Below, one piece after another: positions 18,722-27,115 of a stretch of 44,494 nt of DNA (position 1 is its first letter; each line of letters begins with the position of its first letter). This stretch comes from a bacterium (GTDB lineage: Bacteria; Actinomycetota; Coriobacteriia; Coriobacteriales; Atopobiaceae). Made by a program: the position numbers and the translations under genes. The notes beneath the pieces were generated by a model. It ran no database searches, was not told the origin of the DNA, and worked only from the letters and a program-made list of their open reading frames with translations. The DNA lies in NCBI GenBank assembly GCA_963591565.1, contig CAVAUD010000002.1, forward strand, positions 1-44,494. The letters run 5' to 3'.

Positions 18722-19681
18722 CTAGGAGACGTCGAGCTTGACCGCCACCCTAGTGAGTGCGCTCCTGGAGCGCGGGTTTCTCGCAATCTCCTCGTCAGAC
18801 GCAACGAGGGGCTTGCGAGTCTTGACATCGAGTATCGGCACATGACCGCAAACACAGACGGGAAGATCGGGCGGGCAGGTGCAGCCCTGAGACATCTCGC
18901 TAAAGACGTGCTTAACGATACGGTCCTCGAGGGAGTGATACGCGATGACGCAGATCCTTCCTCCGGGGTTGGCCCACCTCACCGCGGCGCGAAGGCCACG
19001 GTCAAGGACGTCGAGCTCGTGGTTGACCTCGATGCGCAGGGCCTGGAAGGTCTTGCGCGCCGGGTGTCCGCCGTGCCTCCTGGCTGCCGCCGGGATGGCC
19101 GACTTCACGATCTCGACGAGCTGCAGGGTCGTCTCGACGGGGGCGTCTGCCCTCGCCTTGACGATTGCCTTGGCAATCCGAGAAGCGAACTTCTCGTCGC
19201 CGTATACGCGAAGGATTCTGGCGAGGTCTGCTTCGTTGTAGTGGTTCACGACCTCTGCTGCGGTAAGGGTGTTGTTACCAGAATCCATGCGCATGTCTAA
19301 GGGGGCGTCCTCATGGAACGAGAAGCCCCGCTCTGGGATATCGAGTTGCGGAGAAGAGACGCCCAGGTCGAACAAGAAGCAGTCGACGCCGGGAACCTCC
19401 GCCTCGACCAGGAGGCGGTCGAGGTCTCCGAAGTTGCCCTTGAGCAGCTTGACGTCTGCGTCGGGCACTTCACGCTCAAGGCGCGCAGAGGCGGCGGCCA
19501 GCGCCATGTCGTCCTGGTCGATGCCAAGCGACAGGCCCTGAGGGGCCACCCTCTTCGCGAGCTCCACCGAGTGCCCGGCCCCTCCCAGCGTGCAGTCGCA
19601 GACGACGTCGCCGGGCTTGGGATCGAGCGCTCGAAGGACCTCCTCGAGCATTACGGGTATGTGCCGATATTCTTCTGCCAA
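18722..19681 (-). CDS. rsmH: 16S rRNA m4C1402 methyltransferase
   Basis: HIPVML, DCTLGGAGHS, DLGVSSPQLD, PLDMRMD, FQALRIEVN, HSLEDRIVK, NPRSRSA; TTG start 19681 after GAAAGG. Confidence 0.97.
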   Translation of the reverse strand: MAEEYRHIPVMLEEVLRALDPKPGDVVCDCTLGGAGHSVELAKRVAPQGLSLGIDQDDMALAAASARLEREVPDADVKLLKGNFGDLDRLLVEAEVPGVDCFLFDLGVSSPQLDIPERGFSFHEDAPLDMRMDSGNNTLTAAEVVNHYNEADLARILRVYGDEKFASRIAKAIVKARADAPVETTLQLVEIVKSAIPAAARRHGGHPARKTFQALRIEVNHELDVLDRGLRAAVRWANPGGRICVIAYHSLEDRIVKHVFSEMSQGCTCPPDLPVCVCGHVPILDVKTRKPLVASDEEIARNPRSRSALTRVAVKLDVS

Positions 19682-19701
19682 GGTACTGACCTTTCGAATA
19701 A

Positions 19702-20160
19702 CTAGTCGCAGTAAAGCAGCGAATCGAAGTCCTCTTCGTAAACCGCGCGCATCTCGTTCCACTTGTCGGTGTTCCACACTTCCAGGTGGTCGTCCGCGCC
19801 CACAACCGTTACGTTTCCCGCAAGGCCGAGCTTCTCAGTGATCTTGTAGGAGGGCTGATCTACCTTGCCCAGCGCCACACGGCCGGCCGAGTCGATGTCG
19901 ACCTCTTGCGACGTACCCAACAAGAAACGCTTGAGCTGCGCGTCTTTGCGGTCACGGGCGTTAAAGCCTTTCTCGCTGGTCTCAAAGAGGCCGTTGAGCC
20001 AGACCTTAAAGCCTTCGACGGTAAAGCAGTTCAGGCATCCGTCGTACGGGACCAGAATGACCGTGTGATCGTCTTCGCCGAGAAGCTCTTTACGATACTT
20101 GGACGGGAGAGTGACACGACCCTTGGCGTCGACCGACATTGAGTAGGCGCCTGTGAGCAT
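19702..20160 (-). CDS. mraZ: Transcriptional regulator MraZ
   Basis: Two DxxGR repeats (VDAKGRV, IDSAGRV), VGADDHLEVW; first gene of the dcw cluster; ATG 20160 after GGAGGGAG. Confidence 0.95.
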   Translation of the reverse strand: MLTGAYSMSVDAKGRVTLPSKYRKELLGEDDHTVILVPYDGCLNCFTVEGFKVWLNGLFETSEKGFNARDRKDAQLKRFLLGTSQEVDIDSAGRVALGKVDQPSYKITEKLGLAGNVTVVGADDHLEVWNTDKWNEMRAVYEEDFDSLLYCD

Positions 20161-20215
20161 GTCTCCCTCCAATCTTTTACGGTATTAAGGTCCTTTCCTT
20201 CAGAGCGTGGATAAC

Positions 20216-20266
20216 ACTATACGTCAATTTCCCCACTGCGCCCCACCAGAAAACACTTTTCCCCAC
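20216..20266 (-). promoter_or_regulatory. mraZ/dcw promoter with MraZ-binding repeats
   Basis: Minus-strand -10 TATAGT (20216-20221); GTGGGG/GTGTTT boxes at exact 10-bp spacing (20231, 20241, 20251, 20261), matching the known phased GTGG-type MraZ repeats. Confidence 0.8.
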
Positions 20267-20554
20267 TTTTCTGTTCGCGAGCGGAAATTTATGGGCGTGA
20301 GCGGGTGTGCGGCCCTAGATGTTGGGTGTGCGAACGGGTGTTTCCACAAAGAGGGAGCGCGACGGCGGCGGTGTTGTGGTGGGAATGTGAATGGGCAGGT
20401 CAGTGGGGGTGTATGAAGGGTCGCACAGCCCTATTTCAGCGGCGAGAAGACCTTAGCACAGCGGTGAAATTGGGCCAAATGACGGCCAGGTGGGGCGTTG
20501 AACCAGGGTGTGGGGACGGCTCCCACCTGGGGTGGGGCGTCTGCCCACAAAATC

Positions 20555-20589
20555 GGGCTCCTGGTGGGGCACGGGCCCACCAGGAGCCC
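20555..20589. repeat. Perfect 14-bp inverted repeat
   Basis: GGGCTCCTGGTGGG / CCCACCAGGAGCCC, 7-nt loop. Confidence 0.9.
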
Positions 20590-20592
20590 ACC

Positions 20593-20718
20593 GGCCCGGG
20601 GAGAGGGGCGGGTTTAGCTCCATGCTCAGACAGTCCTGTTCGCACGGAGGCGACATTAAGTCGCCTCCGGCTCATGCGGAACTGCGCGTGGAACTAAACC
20701 CGCCCCTCTCCCCGGGCC
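20593..20718. repeat. 126-bp nested palindromic element (REP/MITE-like or structured RNA)
   Basis: Perfect 25-bp outer arms (20593-20617 / 20694-20718) and inner hairpin CGGAGGCGAC-ATTAA-GTCGCCTCCG (20645-20669). Confidence 0.85.
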
Positions 20719-20913
20719 TACGGTGTCGCGGGTCGCGGGTTACGAGGTCGTGGCCCAATCCAGGTCCGAGGGGCCCGAGCTGCGCCGGGCCCGGGCATGA
20801 CTGCTCCGGACCCCCCATTGCGAATCCCGGGCTTGTTCGATACTCCGGGATCGGGTCTGTCCGGGATTTGCTGGGGGACGCGCAGGTGCCTGAGCTGGCA
20901 AATTTAGATTTAT

Positions 20914-20995
20914 AAAGAAGAGCAGAGGGTCGTTAGAGGTAATCCGTCCCTGACGTTGGGGATGAGATACCTTTGGCGACCCTTTGCTCTTCTTT
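20914..20995 (+). repeat. Long hairpin, 28-bp arms, followed by a T-rich tract
   Basis: AAAGAAGAGCAGAGGGTCGTTAGAGGTA / TACCTTTGGCGACCCTTTGCTCTTCTTT; all four non-Watson-Crick positions are G.U on the plus strand. Confidence 0.8.
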
Positions 20996-21049
20996 TTATA
21001 TAAATATCTTTATTTTTCTTCTGAGGACGACGTGCGCTTGCGCACGTCG

Positions 21050-21176
21050 GGTGCGGGGGATGGGGCGGCGGTGGGTGGGGGCGGTGTTTGTTGCAAAGTG
21101 CTTTGAGCGCGCTCTTTGCGCGATGCACTTTGCGGCAAATTCCGCTCCCGCCCGGCGCCGCCCCATCCCCCGCGCC
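21050..21176 (+). repeat. Long hairpin, about 50-bp arms, abutting the xerD stop
   Basis: GGTGCGGGGGATGGGGCGGCG..GTTTGTTGCAAAGTGC pairs with GCACTTTGCGGCAAAT..CGCCGCCCCATCCCCCGCGCC. Confidence 0.85.
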
Positions 21177-22069
21177 TAGCGGGCACGAGGGTGAGAGGCG
21201 AGGTAGACGCGACGGATGTGGGAGGTGTCGACGTGGGTGTAGAGCTGCGTGGTTGCGATGCTGGCGTGGCCGAGCAGTTCCTGGACGACGCGCAGGTCGG
21301 CTCCGCCCTCTAGCAAATGGGTCGCGAAACTGTGGCGCAGGGTGTGGGGGTGCAGGCCCTCGATGCCGGCGAGGCGGCCGTAGCGCTCGACGATCGCGTG
21401 GGCGGATTGGCGCGAGATACGGCCGCCACGCACGTTGAGAAAGACGGCAGACGTGGGTCTTCTCCCCACCAGCTCGCCTCTGCCCTGCTCAAGATAGGTA
21501 AGCAGGGCCGCCTTGGCGCTGCCCAGAATGGGGACGATGCGCTCCTTGGAGCCCTTACCAAAGACGCGGATGACCTCCTGCTCGGGCGAGAAGTCACGCA
21601 GGTCGAGGCCGATAAGCTCGCTCGCGCGCAGGCCGCAGCCGTAGAGGACCTCGAGCATCGCGTGGTCGCGAAGGCCCGCAGGCGTCTGGGGAAAGTGCTG
21701 GTCAAGCAGGCGGGCCGCCGCCTCCTGCGAGATGACGTCGGGCAACTTGGCAGGCCGCTTGGGCAAGGGAATCGCCGCGGTGGGGCACGACGACGCGATC
21801 TGCTCGACGGCCATGAACCGATGAAAACCCTTGATCGCCGAGAGCGACCTCTCCACCGAGGTGGGCGCGAGTCCCACATCGGTCAAGGCGCCCAGGTACT
21901 CCTCGACAAGCGGCCGCGTCACGTCGTCGGGCTCGCAGACGCCGGATCCTGCCAGGTAATCGACGTAGCGCAGAAGGTCGCGGCCGTAGGCGTCGATAGT
22001 GTTTCTCGACGCGCCCTTCTCGACCGCCAAATAATTGAGGTACTCCTCGCGCGCCCGCGTCAGGTCCAT
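21176..22069 (-). CDS. xerD: Tyrosine recombinase XerD
   Basis: N-terminal SAM-like domain (SRNTIDAYGRDL); catalytic R (GLRASE), K (GKGSKER), HxxR (HTLRHSFATH), LGH, Y (TQLYTH); pyrG-xerD synteny typical of Actinomycetota. Confidence 0.88.
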   Translation of the reverse strand: MDLTRAREEYLNYLAVEKGASRNTIDAYGRDLLRYVDYLAGSGVCEPDDVTRPLVEEYLGALTDVGLAPTSVERSLSAIKGFHRFMAVEQIASSCPTAAIPLPKRPAKLPDVISQEAAARLLDQHFPQTPAGLRDHAMLEVLYGCGLRASELIGLDLRDFSPEQEVIRVFGKGSKERIVPILGSAKAALLTYLEQGRGELVGRRPTSAVFLNVRGGRISRQSAHAIVERYGRLAGIEGLHPHTLRHSFATHLLEGGADLRVVQELLGHASIATTQLYTHVDTSHIRRVYLASHPRAR

Positions 22070-22130
22070 GGCCCCTCCCCTCTTCTCGTCGCCCGCTCGA
22101 CCCAAGGTCGCCGTCAATTCCTCCCATTAT

Positions 22131-22167
22131 AAAAAGAAGCCCCGGGAACCGCGCAGGTACCCGGGGC
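22131..22167 (-). terminator. Rho-independent terminator of pyrG, overlapping a TATAAT -10 for xerD
   Basis: GCCCCGGGAACC-GCGCA-GGTACCCGGGGC stem (22139-22167) followed on the minus strand by TTCTTTTT; ATTATA at 22126-22131 reads TATAAT on minus. Confidence 0.75.
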
Positions 22168-22217
22168 AAAGCAAATCAAGCAAACCGGACGGCAGCGCAG
22201 CCGCCGCACTGTCCAGT

Positions 22218-22237
22218 GGCGAGAAGACCTTCTCGCC
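22218..22237. repeat. Inverted pair of the GGCGAGAAG motif just after the pyrG stop
   Basis: GGCGAGAAG-AC-CTTCTCGCC. Confidence 0.9.
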
Positions 22238-22240
22238 TTG

Positions 22241-23890
22241 TTACTCGCCGCTCACGACGTCGTGGCGGTCGCAGCCCTCGTTGAAGGCGATCGCGGCACG
22301 GACGAACTCGCGGAACAGCGGGGCCGGCTCGGTGGGACGGCTCTTGAACTCGGGGTGAGCCTGGGAAGCAACGTACCAGGGGTGGACGGACTCGGGGAGC
22401 TCGACCATCTCGACCAGGCGGTCATCGGGAGAAAGGCCAGAGATGACCAGGCCGGCCTCGGTCAGGCGCTCGCGGTAGGCGTTGTTGACCTCATAGCGGT
22501 GACGGTGACGCTCGTAGACCAGGGCCTCGCCGTAGGCCTCGGCGGCCAGGGTGCCGGGCTGGACCTTGCAGGGGTAGGCGCCCAGGCGCATGGTGCCGCC
22601 CTTGTCGGTGACATCCTCCTGGTCGGGCATGAGGTCGATGACCGGGTACTCGCAATCGGGCACGAACTCGGTCGAGATGGCGCCGGGCATGTCGGCGACG
22701 TTGCGGGCGAACTCGCAGACGGCGACCTGCAGGCCCAGGCACACGCCCAGGTACGGAATCTTGAGGGTGCGGGCGCGGTGGGCCGCGGCGATCTTACCCT
22801 CGACGCCGCGCAGGCCAAAGCCGCCGGGGACGAGGATGCCGTGGGCGCCGTCCAGGATCTCGGCCACGTTGTTCTCGTCGAGCTCCTCGCCGTCGACCAG
22901 CTGGATGTCCATGTGGCGGCCGTAGTAGACGCCGGAGTGGTGCAGGGCCTCGATGATGGAGAGGTAGGCGTCGGGAAGCTGCGTGTACTTGCCCACGACG
23001 CAGATCTTGGTCACGTCCTCCTTCTTGTTGGCGGCGTGCATCGCGCTCGTGAAGCGGTTCCAATCGGTGAGGTCGCTCTCGCGGGCGTCGAGGCCCAGGC
23101 GCTCACAGACCTTGGTGTCGAAGCCCTGGGCGGCCAGGTGCGCGGGCACGTCGTAGATGGAGGCGCAGTCGGAGTTCTCAAAGACGCAGCTCGGGTCGAC
23201 GTCGCAGAAGCTCGCGATCTTGGAGCGGATGTCGGCGTCCACCTCGTGGTCGGAGCGGCAGACGATGAAGTCGGGCTGCAGGCCCATGGAGCGCAGCTCG
23301 CGCACGGAGTGCTGGGTCGGCTTGGTCTTGACCTCGTGGGCGGCGGCGATGTAGGGCACCAGGCTCACGTGGATCAGGACGCAGTCGGCGAAGCCCTTCT
23401 CCTTGCGGAACTGGCGGATGGCCTCGACGAAGGCCTGGCCCTCGATGTCGCCGATGGTGCCGCCGAGCTCGGTGATGACGACGTCGGCGCCGGTCTGCTC
23501 CTCGATGCGGAAGAAGCGCTGCTTGATGGCGTTGGTCACGTGCGGGACGACCTGCACGGTGCCGCCCAGGAACTCGCCCTGGCGCTCCTTGGCGATCAGG
23601 CTCTGGTAGATGGCGCCGGTGGTGAAGTTGGAGTTGCGGGTGAGGTTCTCGTCAATGAAACGCTCGTAGTGGCCCAGGTCCAGGTCGGTCTCCTTGCCGT
23701 CCTCGGTGACGAAGACCTCGCCGTGCTGGAACGGGCTCATGGTGCCGGGGTCGACGTTGAGGTACGGATCGGCTTTCTGCATCATGACCTTGTAGCCGCG
23801 CGACTTGAGCAGACGGCCAAGAGAGGCAGCCGTGATGCCCTTGCCGAGCGAGGAAACGACGCCGCCGGTAACAAAAATGTGTTTTGTCAT
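22241..23890 (-). CDS. pyrG: CTP synthase
   Basis: TGGVVSSLGKG, DPYLNVDPGTMSPFQHGEV, KTKPTQHSV, glutaminase CLG and HPE. Confidence 0.99.
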   Translation of the reverse strand: MTKHIFVTGGVVSSLGKGITAASLGRLLKSRGYKVMMQKADPYLNVDPGTMSPFQHGEVFVTEDGKETDLDLGHYERFIDENLTRNSNFTTGAIYQSLIAKERQGEFLGGTVQVVPHVTNAIKQRFFRIEEQTGADVVITELGGTIGDIEGQAFVEAIRQFRKEKGFADCVLIHVSLVPYIAAAHEVKTKPTQHSVRELRSMGLQPDFIVCRSDHEVDADIRSKIASFCDVDPSCVFENSDCASIYDVPAHLAAQGFDTKVCERLGLDARESDLTDWNRFTSAMHAANKKEDVTKICVVGKYTQLPDAYLSIIEALHHSGVYYGRHMDIQLVDGEELDENNVAEILDGAHGILVPGGFGLRGVEGKIAAAHRARTLKIPYLGVCLGLQVAVCEFARNVADMPGAISTEFVPDCEYPVIDLMPDQEDVTDKGGTMRLGAYPCKVQPGTLAAEAYGEALVYERHRHRYEVNNAYRERLTEAGLVISGLSPDDRLVEMVELPESVHPWYVASQAHPEFKSRPTEPAPLFREFVRAAIAFNEGCDRHDVVSGE

Positions 23891-23948
23891 TCTGGGACCT
23901 TCCCGTAGTGAGTCTTATGGATGGCTTCTTCTACGGGGTTTCATTCTA
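23891..23948 (-). promoter_or_regulatory. pyrG promoter and leader with an anti-SD hairpin
   Basis: Minus strand: TAGAAT-GAAACCCCGTAG-(22 nt)-CTACGGGAAGG-TCCCAGA-ATG; CCCGTAG pairs with CTACGGG, which overlaps the SD. Confidence 0.6.
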
Positions 23949-24032
23949 AAGCGAGAAGACCCTTCTGTGTCACGATTTATTCTCCGCTCACCGAGTTGTA
24001 ACGAAATCTGCAAAGAGCTGCGCGCGGCCACG

Positions 24033-25367
24033 CTACTCCACCGGCGCCGCCATGATGGCGTCGAGCTCTTCCTCGAGATCGCCCAGGCGCTTGACCTTGG
24101 CTTTCTTGACCAGGTGGCCGCGCGTGAAGACCTTCTGCACGTCACGCAGGGCAGACAAGTCGTCGAGCGGATTGCGCTCGCAGACGATGAGATCGGCGTC
24201 CAGGCCCGCCACCACGCTGCCGCAGGTATTCTCGAGACCCAGAAGACGGGCGTTCACCTGCGTGGCGGTGTGAAGGGCAAAGGCGTTGGAGACGCCCACG
24301 TACTTGGCGAAGTAGGCAAGCTCGCGCCACATGTCGTACTGCGTGACGTAGGGGCAGGCCGAGTCGGTGCCCAGGCCCACGTCGATGCCGTTGTCCAAGG
24401 CCTCACGGGCGCTCTCGATGATGCCCTTGCACACGATGTCGCCGTTGATCTTTTGGACCTCGGTCGAGAGGGTCTTCTCGGGCGGGAGCTTCACGAAAGG
24501 CAGGGCCGGCGAGATGGTGCAGGTGACCGAGGGTTTTCTCCCCGGCAGCTGCGTGCCGGCGGAGCCGTGGTAGAGGTCGATGATCTTGGGCGTCATCTGC
24601 GCGCCGTGCTCCACCGTGTCGACGCCGGCGAGAAGGGCCAGCTCAACGCCGGCGGAACTCTCGACATGGGCCATCACGGGCAAACCCAAGCGGTGAGCCG
24701 TCTTGCACGCGGCCTGGGCGACGTCGAGCGACATGCGCACGACGCCCGGCTCGCCGGCCTTGGTGGCGTCAAAGACGCCGCCGGTGATAAAGAGCTTGAT
24801 GACGTCGGCCTTGCGGGCGAAAAGATCGGCCACCATCTGGGAGGCCTCCTGCGGCGTGTTGGCAACCTGGGCAAAGAGCCCCGCCCCGTGGCCGTTGGGC
24901 GCCGTGATGCCGGTGCCGGGGGCGATGATGCGCGGCCCCTCCAGGCGCCCGGCCTCGATCGCGTCACGCACGGCGAGGTCGCCGTAAAGCGGGTCGCCCG
25001 CGCCGCGCACCGTGGTGACACCGCTCGCGAGCTGCTGCTGCGCGTTCTTGCCAAGAATATGGTTCACGATAAGGTGGCCCACCGGGTTGTCAAGGCGGCG
25101 CATGATGTCACCGGCGTTGCCCGCCGAGTAGGGCTTGCCCGTGCCGCAGAAGTGCACGTGCATGTTAATGAGGCCGGGCATGAGATAGGCGCCGCCCAGG
25201 TCGATGACGTTGGCGTCCGCGGGAATCTGAGCCACCGAGGAAGGGCCGACCCACTCGATCTTCTCGCCGCGGGTAATGACGGCCATGTTGGGCTTGGCCA
25301 CCATGTCGCGGGTCCCGTCAAGGACGGTCGCGTTGATGAGCGCGTAGGACTCGGTCTTCTTGAACAT
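24033..25367 (-). CDS. Metal-dependent amidohydrolase (imidazolonepropionase/Xaa-Pro dipeptidase-like); substrate unknown
   Basis: MPGLINMHVH (HxH), carbamylated-Lys position VIKLF, MAHVE, VEHG, GTDS; ATG 25367 after GGGGAG. Confidence 0.88.
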   Translation of the reverse strand: MFKKTESYALINATVLDGTRDMVAKPNMAVITRGEKIEWVGPSSVAQIPADANVIDLGGAYLMPGLINMHVHFCGTGKPYSAGNAGDIMRRLDNPVGHLIVNHILGKNAQQQLASGVTTVRGAGDPLYGDLAVRDAIEAGRLEGPRIIAPGTGITAPNGHGAGLFAQVANTPQEASQMVADLFARKADVIKLFITGGVFDATKAGEPGVVRMSLDVAQAACKTAHRLGLPVMAHVESSAGVELALLAGVDTVEHGAQMTPKIIDLYHGSAGTQLPGRKPSVTCTISPALPFVKLPPEKTLSTEVQKINGDIVCKGIIESAREALDNGIDVGLGTDSACPYVTQYDMWRELAYFAKYVGVSNAFALHTATQVNARLLGLENTCGSVVAGLDADLIVCERNPLDDLSALRDVQKVFTRGHLVKKAKVKRLGDLEEELDAIMAAPVE

Positions 25368-25477
25368 GTTCTCTCCCCTGCTGTTATGCGCCTGATCTGC
25401 CACCCGCAACGGGCAAACGATGAATCTAAATCAATTCTTTAATCAAAGCTAGACGACGGCGAGACAAACGGCCGCAA

Positions 25478-27115
25478 CTATTCGGTAAGCGCCCCGTGGG
25501 CCTCGAGCATCTGCCGCGCGTGGCCAAGGGCCGCCTCGGACGTGTCGCCCGAGAGCATCCGGGCGATCTCCTCGACACGAGCTGCGTCGTCCAGGGGCTC
25601 GATCGTGGTCACGGGGTCGTCCCCCTTGGACTTAGAGACGAGAAGGTGGCTCTGGGCCACGACAGCGACCTGCGCCAGGTGCGTGACCACGATGACCTGG
25701 TGCGTCTTGGCAAGATCTGCCAAGACCTGGGCCAGGGCGTTTGCCGTCGCGCCGCCCACGCCGGCATCGACCTCGTCGAAGACCAGCGTGTCGCACTCGT
25801 CCGCCGCGCCCAGCACAACCTTGAGGGCGAGCATCACGCGGCTCACCTCGCCGCCCGAGGCGATCTTCTTGAGCGGACGTGCCGTGAGGCTCGCGCCCGC
25901 GCGATAGAAGAACTCGATGGCCGAGGGGCCTTCCTTGCCCCAGCGCTCGCGGGGCAGGCGCTCCATCTTGACGACAAGCGCGGCTGTCCCCATCTCGAGC
26001 CGGGCCATCTGCTCTTTGACCGCCGCCTCAAGGCCAGGAATTGCGGCCGCACGCGCCTCATCCAGGACATCTGCCGCAACAGCCAGCTTCTTCTCGGCCG
26101 CGGCCACGCGCTTCTCTGCCGCGCGAAGGGTTGCCCCGCCGTCCTCGGCGGCCGCGACGATCTCTGCTGCCTGGGCCTTGCGCTCAAAGACGCGCGCCAT
26201 ACCAGGCCCAAAGCTGCGCATAAGCCCCTGAAGAGAAGACATGCGCTCCTGCATGGCCTGCAGCGACTCCGGGTCGAAGTCGACGTCATCGGCATAGTCG
26301 CGCAGGCGAGAAGAAACGTCCTCGAGGTCGATGAGGGCGCTTTCGATCATGTCAGAGAGCTCGGAGAGCGACGAGTCCATGCGCGAGGCGTCCATGAGCT
26401 CACGGGAAGCCTGGCCCAGCGCGCTGCAGGCCCCTTCCTCGCCGCTCAAGAGCTCGCGGGCTCCCCAGGCGGCGCGGATCAGCGCCTCGGAGTGCTCAGC
26501 GCGCGGCAACGTGGCCTCAAGCTCCTCAAGCTCGCCGGGTTGGGGGTCCACTTCCTCGATGCGGCGCAGGGCGAAGTGGGCCTCCTCGAGTTTCTCGGCG
26601 GCGCTTTGGCTGAGCTCACGCAAGCGCTCGAGCTCGGCCGCGGCCTCGGCGGCGTCCTCATACGCCTTTACGTAGGCCTCGAGAGCCGGACCCACGCTTT
26701 CCTTGGCCCAACCATCAAGCATGGCCGCGTGGTTCTTGACCGACAAGAGCCGCTGATGCTCGTGCTGGCCGCACAGATCGACCTTCGAGCCAATAGAGCG
26801 GGCCAGCTCCTTCACCGAGGCCATCTTGCCGTCGACGGCGATGCGGCTGCGCCCGTCGGCACCCACGCGCCGGCGCACAACGCAGCCGTCGGCGTCGTTC
26901 GCGTCCATAAAGAACCGGCCCTCTACCTCGAGAGACGACGCTCCCTCGCGCACGGCACCGGCATCTGCGCGCTCGCCGATCAAAAGCTTGATGGAAGACA
27001 GCAGCGCGGTCTTGCCCGCGCCCGTCTCGCCCGTCAAGACCGTAAGGCCGCCCGAGAACTCGATAGTCGCCTCCTGGATTAGGGCGACGTCGCGAACATG
27101 CAGCTGATCGAGCAT
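25478..27115 (-). CDS. recN: DNA repair protein RecN
   Basis: LTGETGAGKT Walker A, GQHEHQRL, coiled coil, ASGGEVSR signature, FDEVDAGVGG, VTHLAQVA. Confidence 0.97.
   Translation of the reverse strand: MLDQLHVRDVALIQEATIEFSGGLTVLTGETGAGKTALLSSIKLLIGERADAGAVREGASSLEVEGRFFMDANDADGCVVRRRVGADGRSRIAVDGKMASVKELARSIGSKVDLCGQHEHQRLLSVKNHAAMLDGWAKESVGPALEAYVKAYEDAAEAAAELERLRELSQSAAEKLEEAHFALRRIEEVDPQPGELEELEATLPRAEHSEALIRAAWGARELLSGEEGACSALGQASRELMDASRMDSSLSELSDMIESALIDLEDVSSRLRDYADDVDFDPESLQAMQERMSSLQGLMRSFGPGMARVFERKAQAAEIVAAAEDGGATLRAAEKRVAAAEKKLAVAADVLDEARAAAIPGLEAAVKEQMARLEMGTAALVVKMERLPRERWGKEGPSAIEFFYRAGASLTARPLKKIASGGEVSRVMLALKVVLGAADECDTLVFDEVDAGVGGATANALAQVLADLAKTHQVIVVTHLAQVAVVAQSHLLVSKSKGDDPVTTIEPLDDAARVEEIARMLSGDTSEAALGHARQMLEAHGALTE

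Noticed and set aside
20490..21176. CRISPR array or integron attC array
   Set aside because: No repeated direct unit with spacers, no cas genes, no RYYYAAC/GTTRRRY-bounded cassettes, and the recombinase lacks an IntI-type insertion
20207..21179. Short ORFs on both strands in the xerD-mraZ gap
   Set aside because: Translations are Pro/Gly/Arg-rich products of palindromic DNA with no domain signal
21176..22069. Tyrosine recombinase as a phage or island integrase
   Set aside because: XerD size and motifs, usual pyrG neighbourhood, no cargo, att duplication or tRNA
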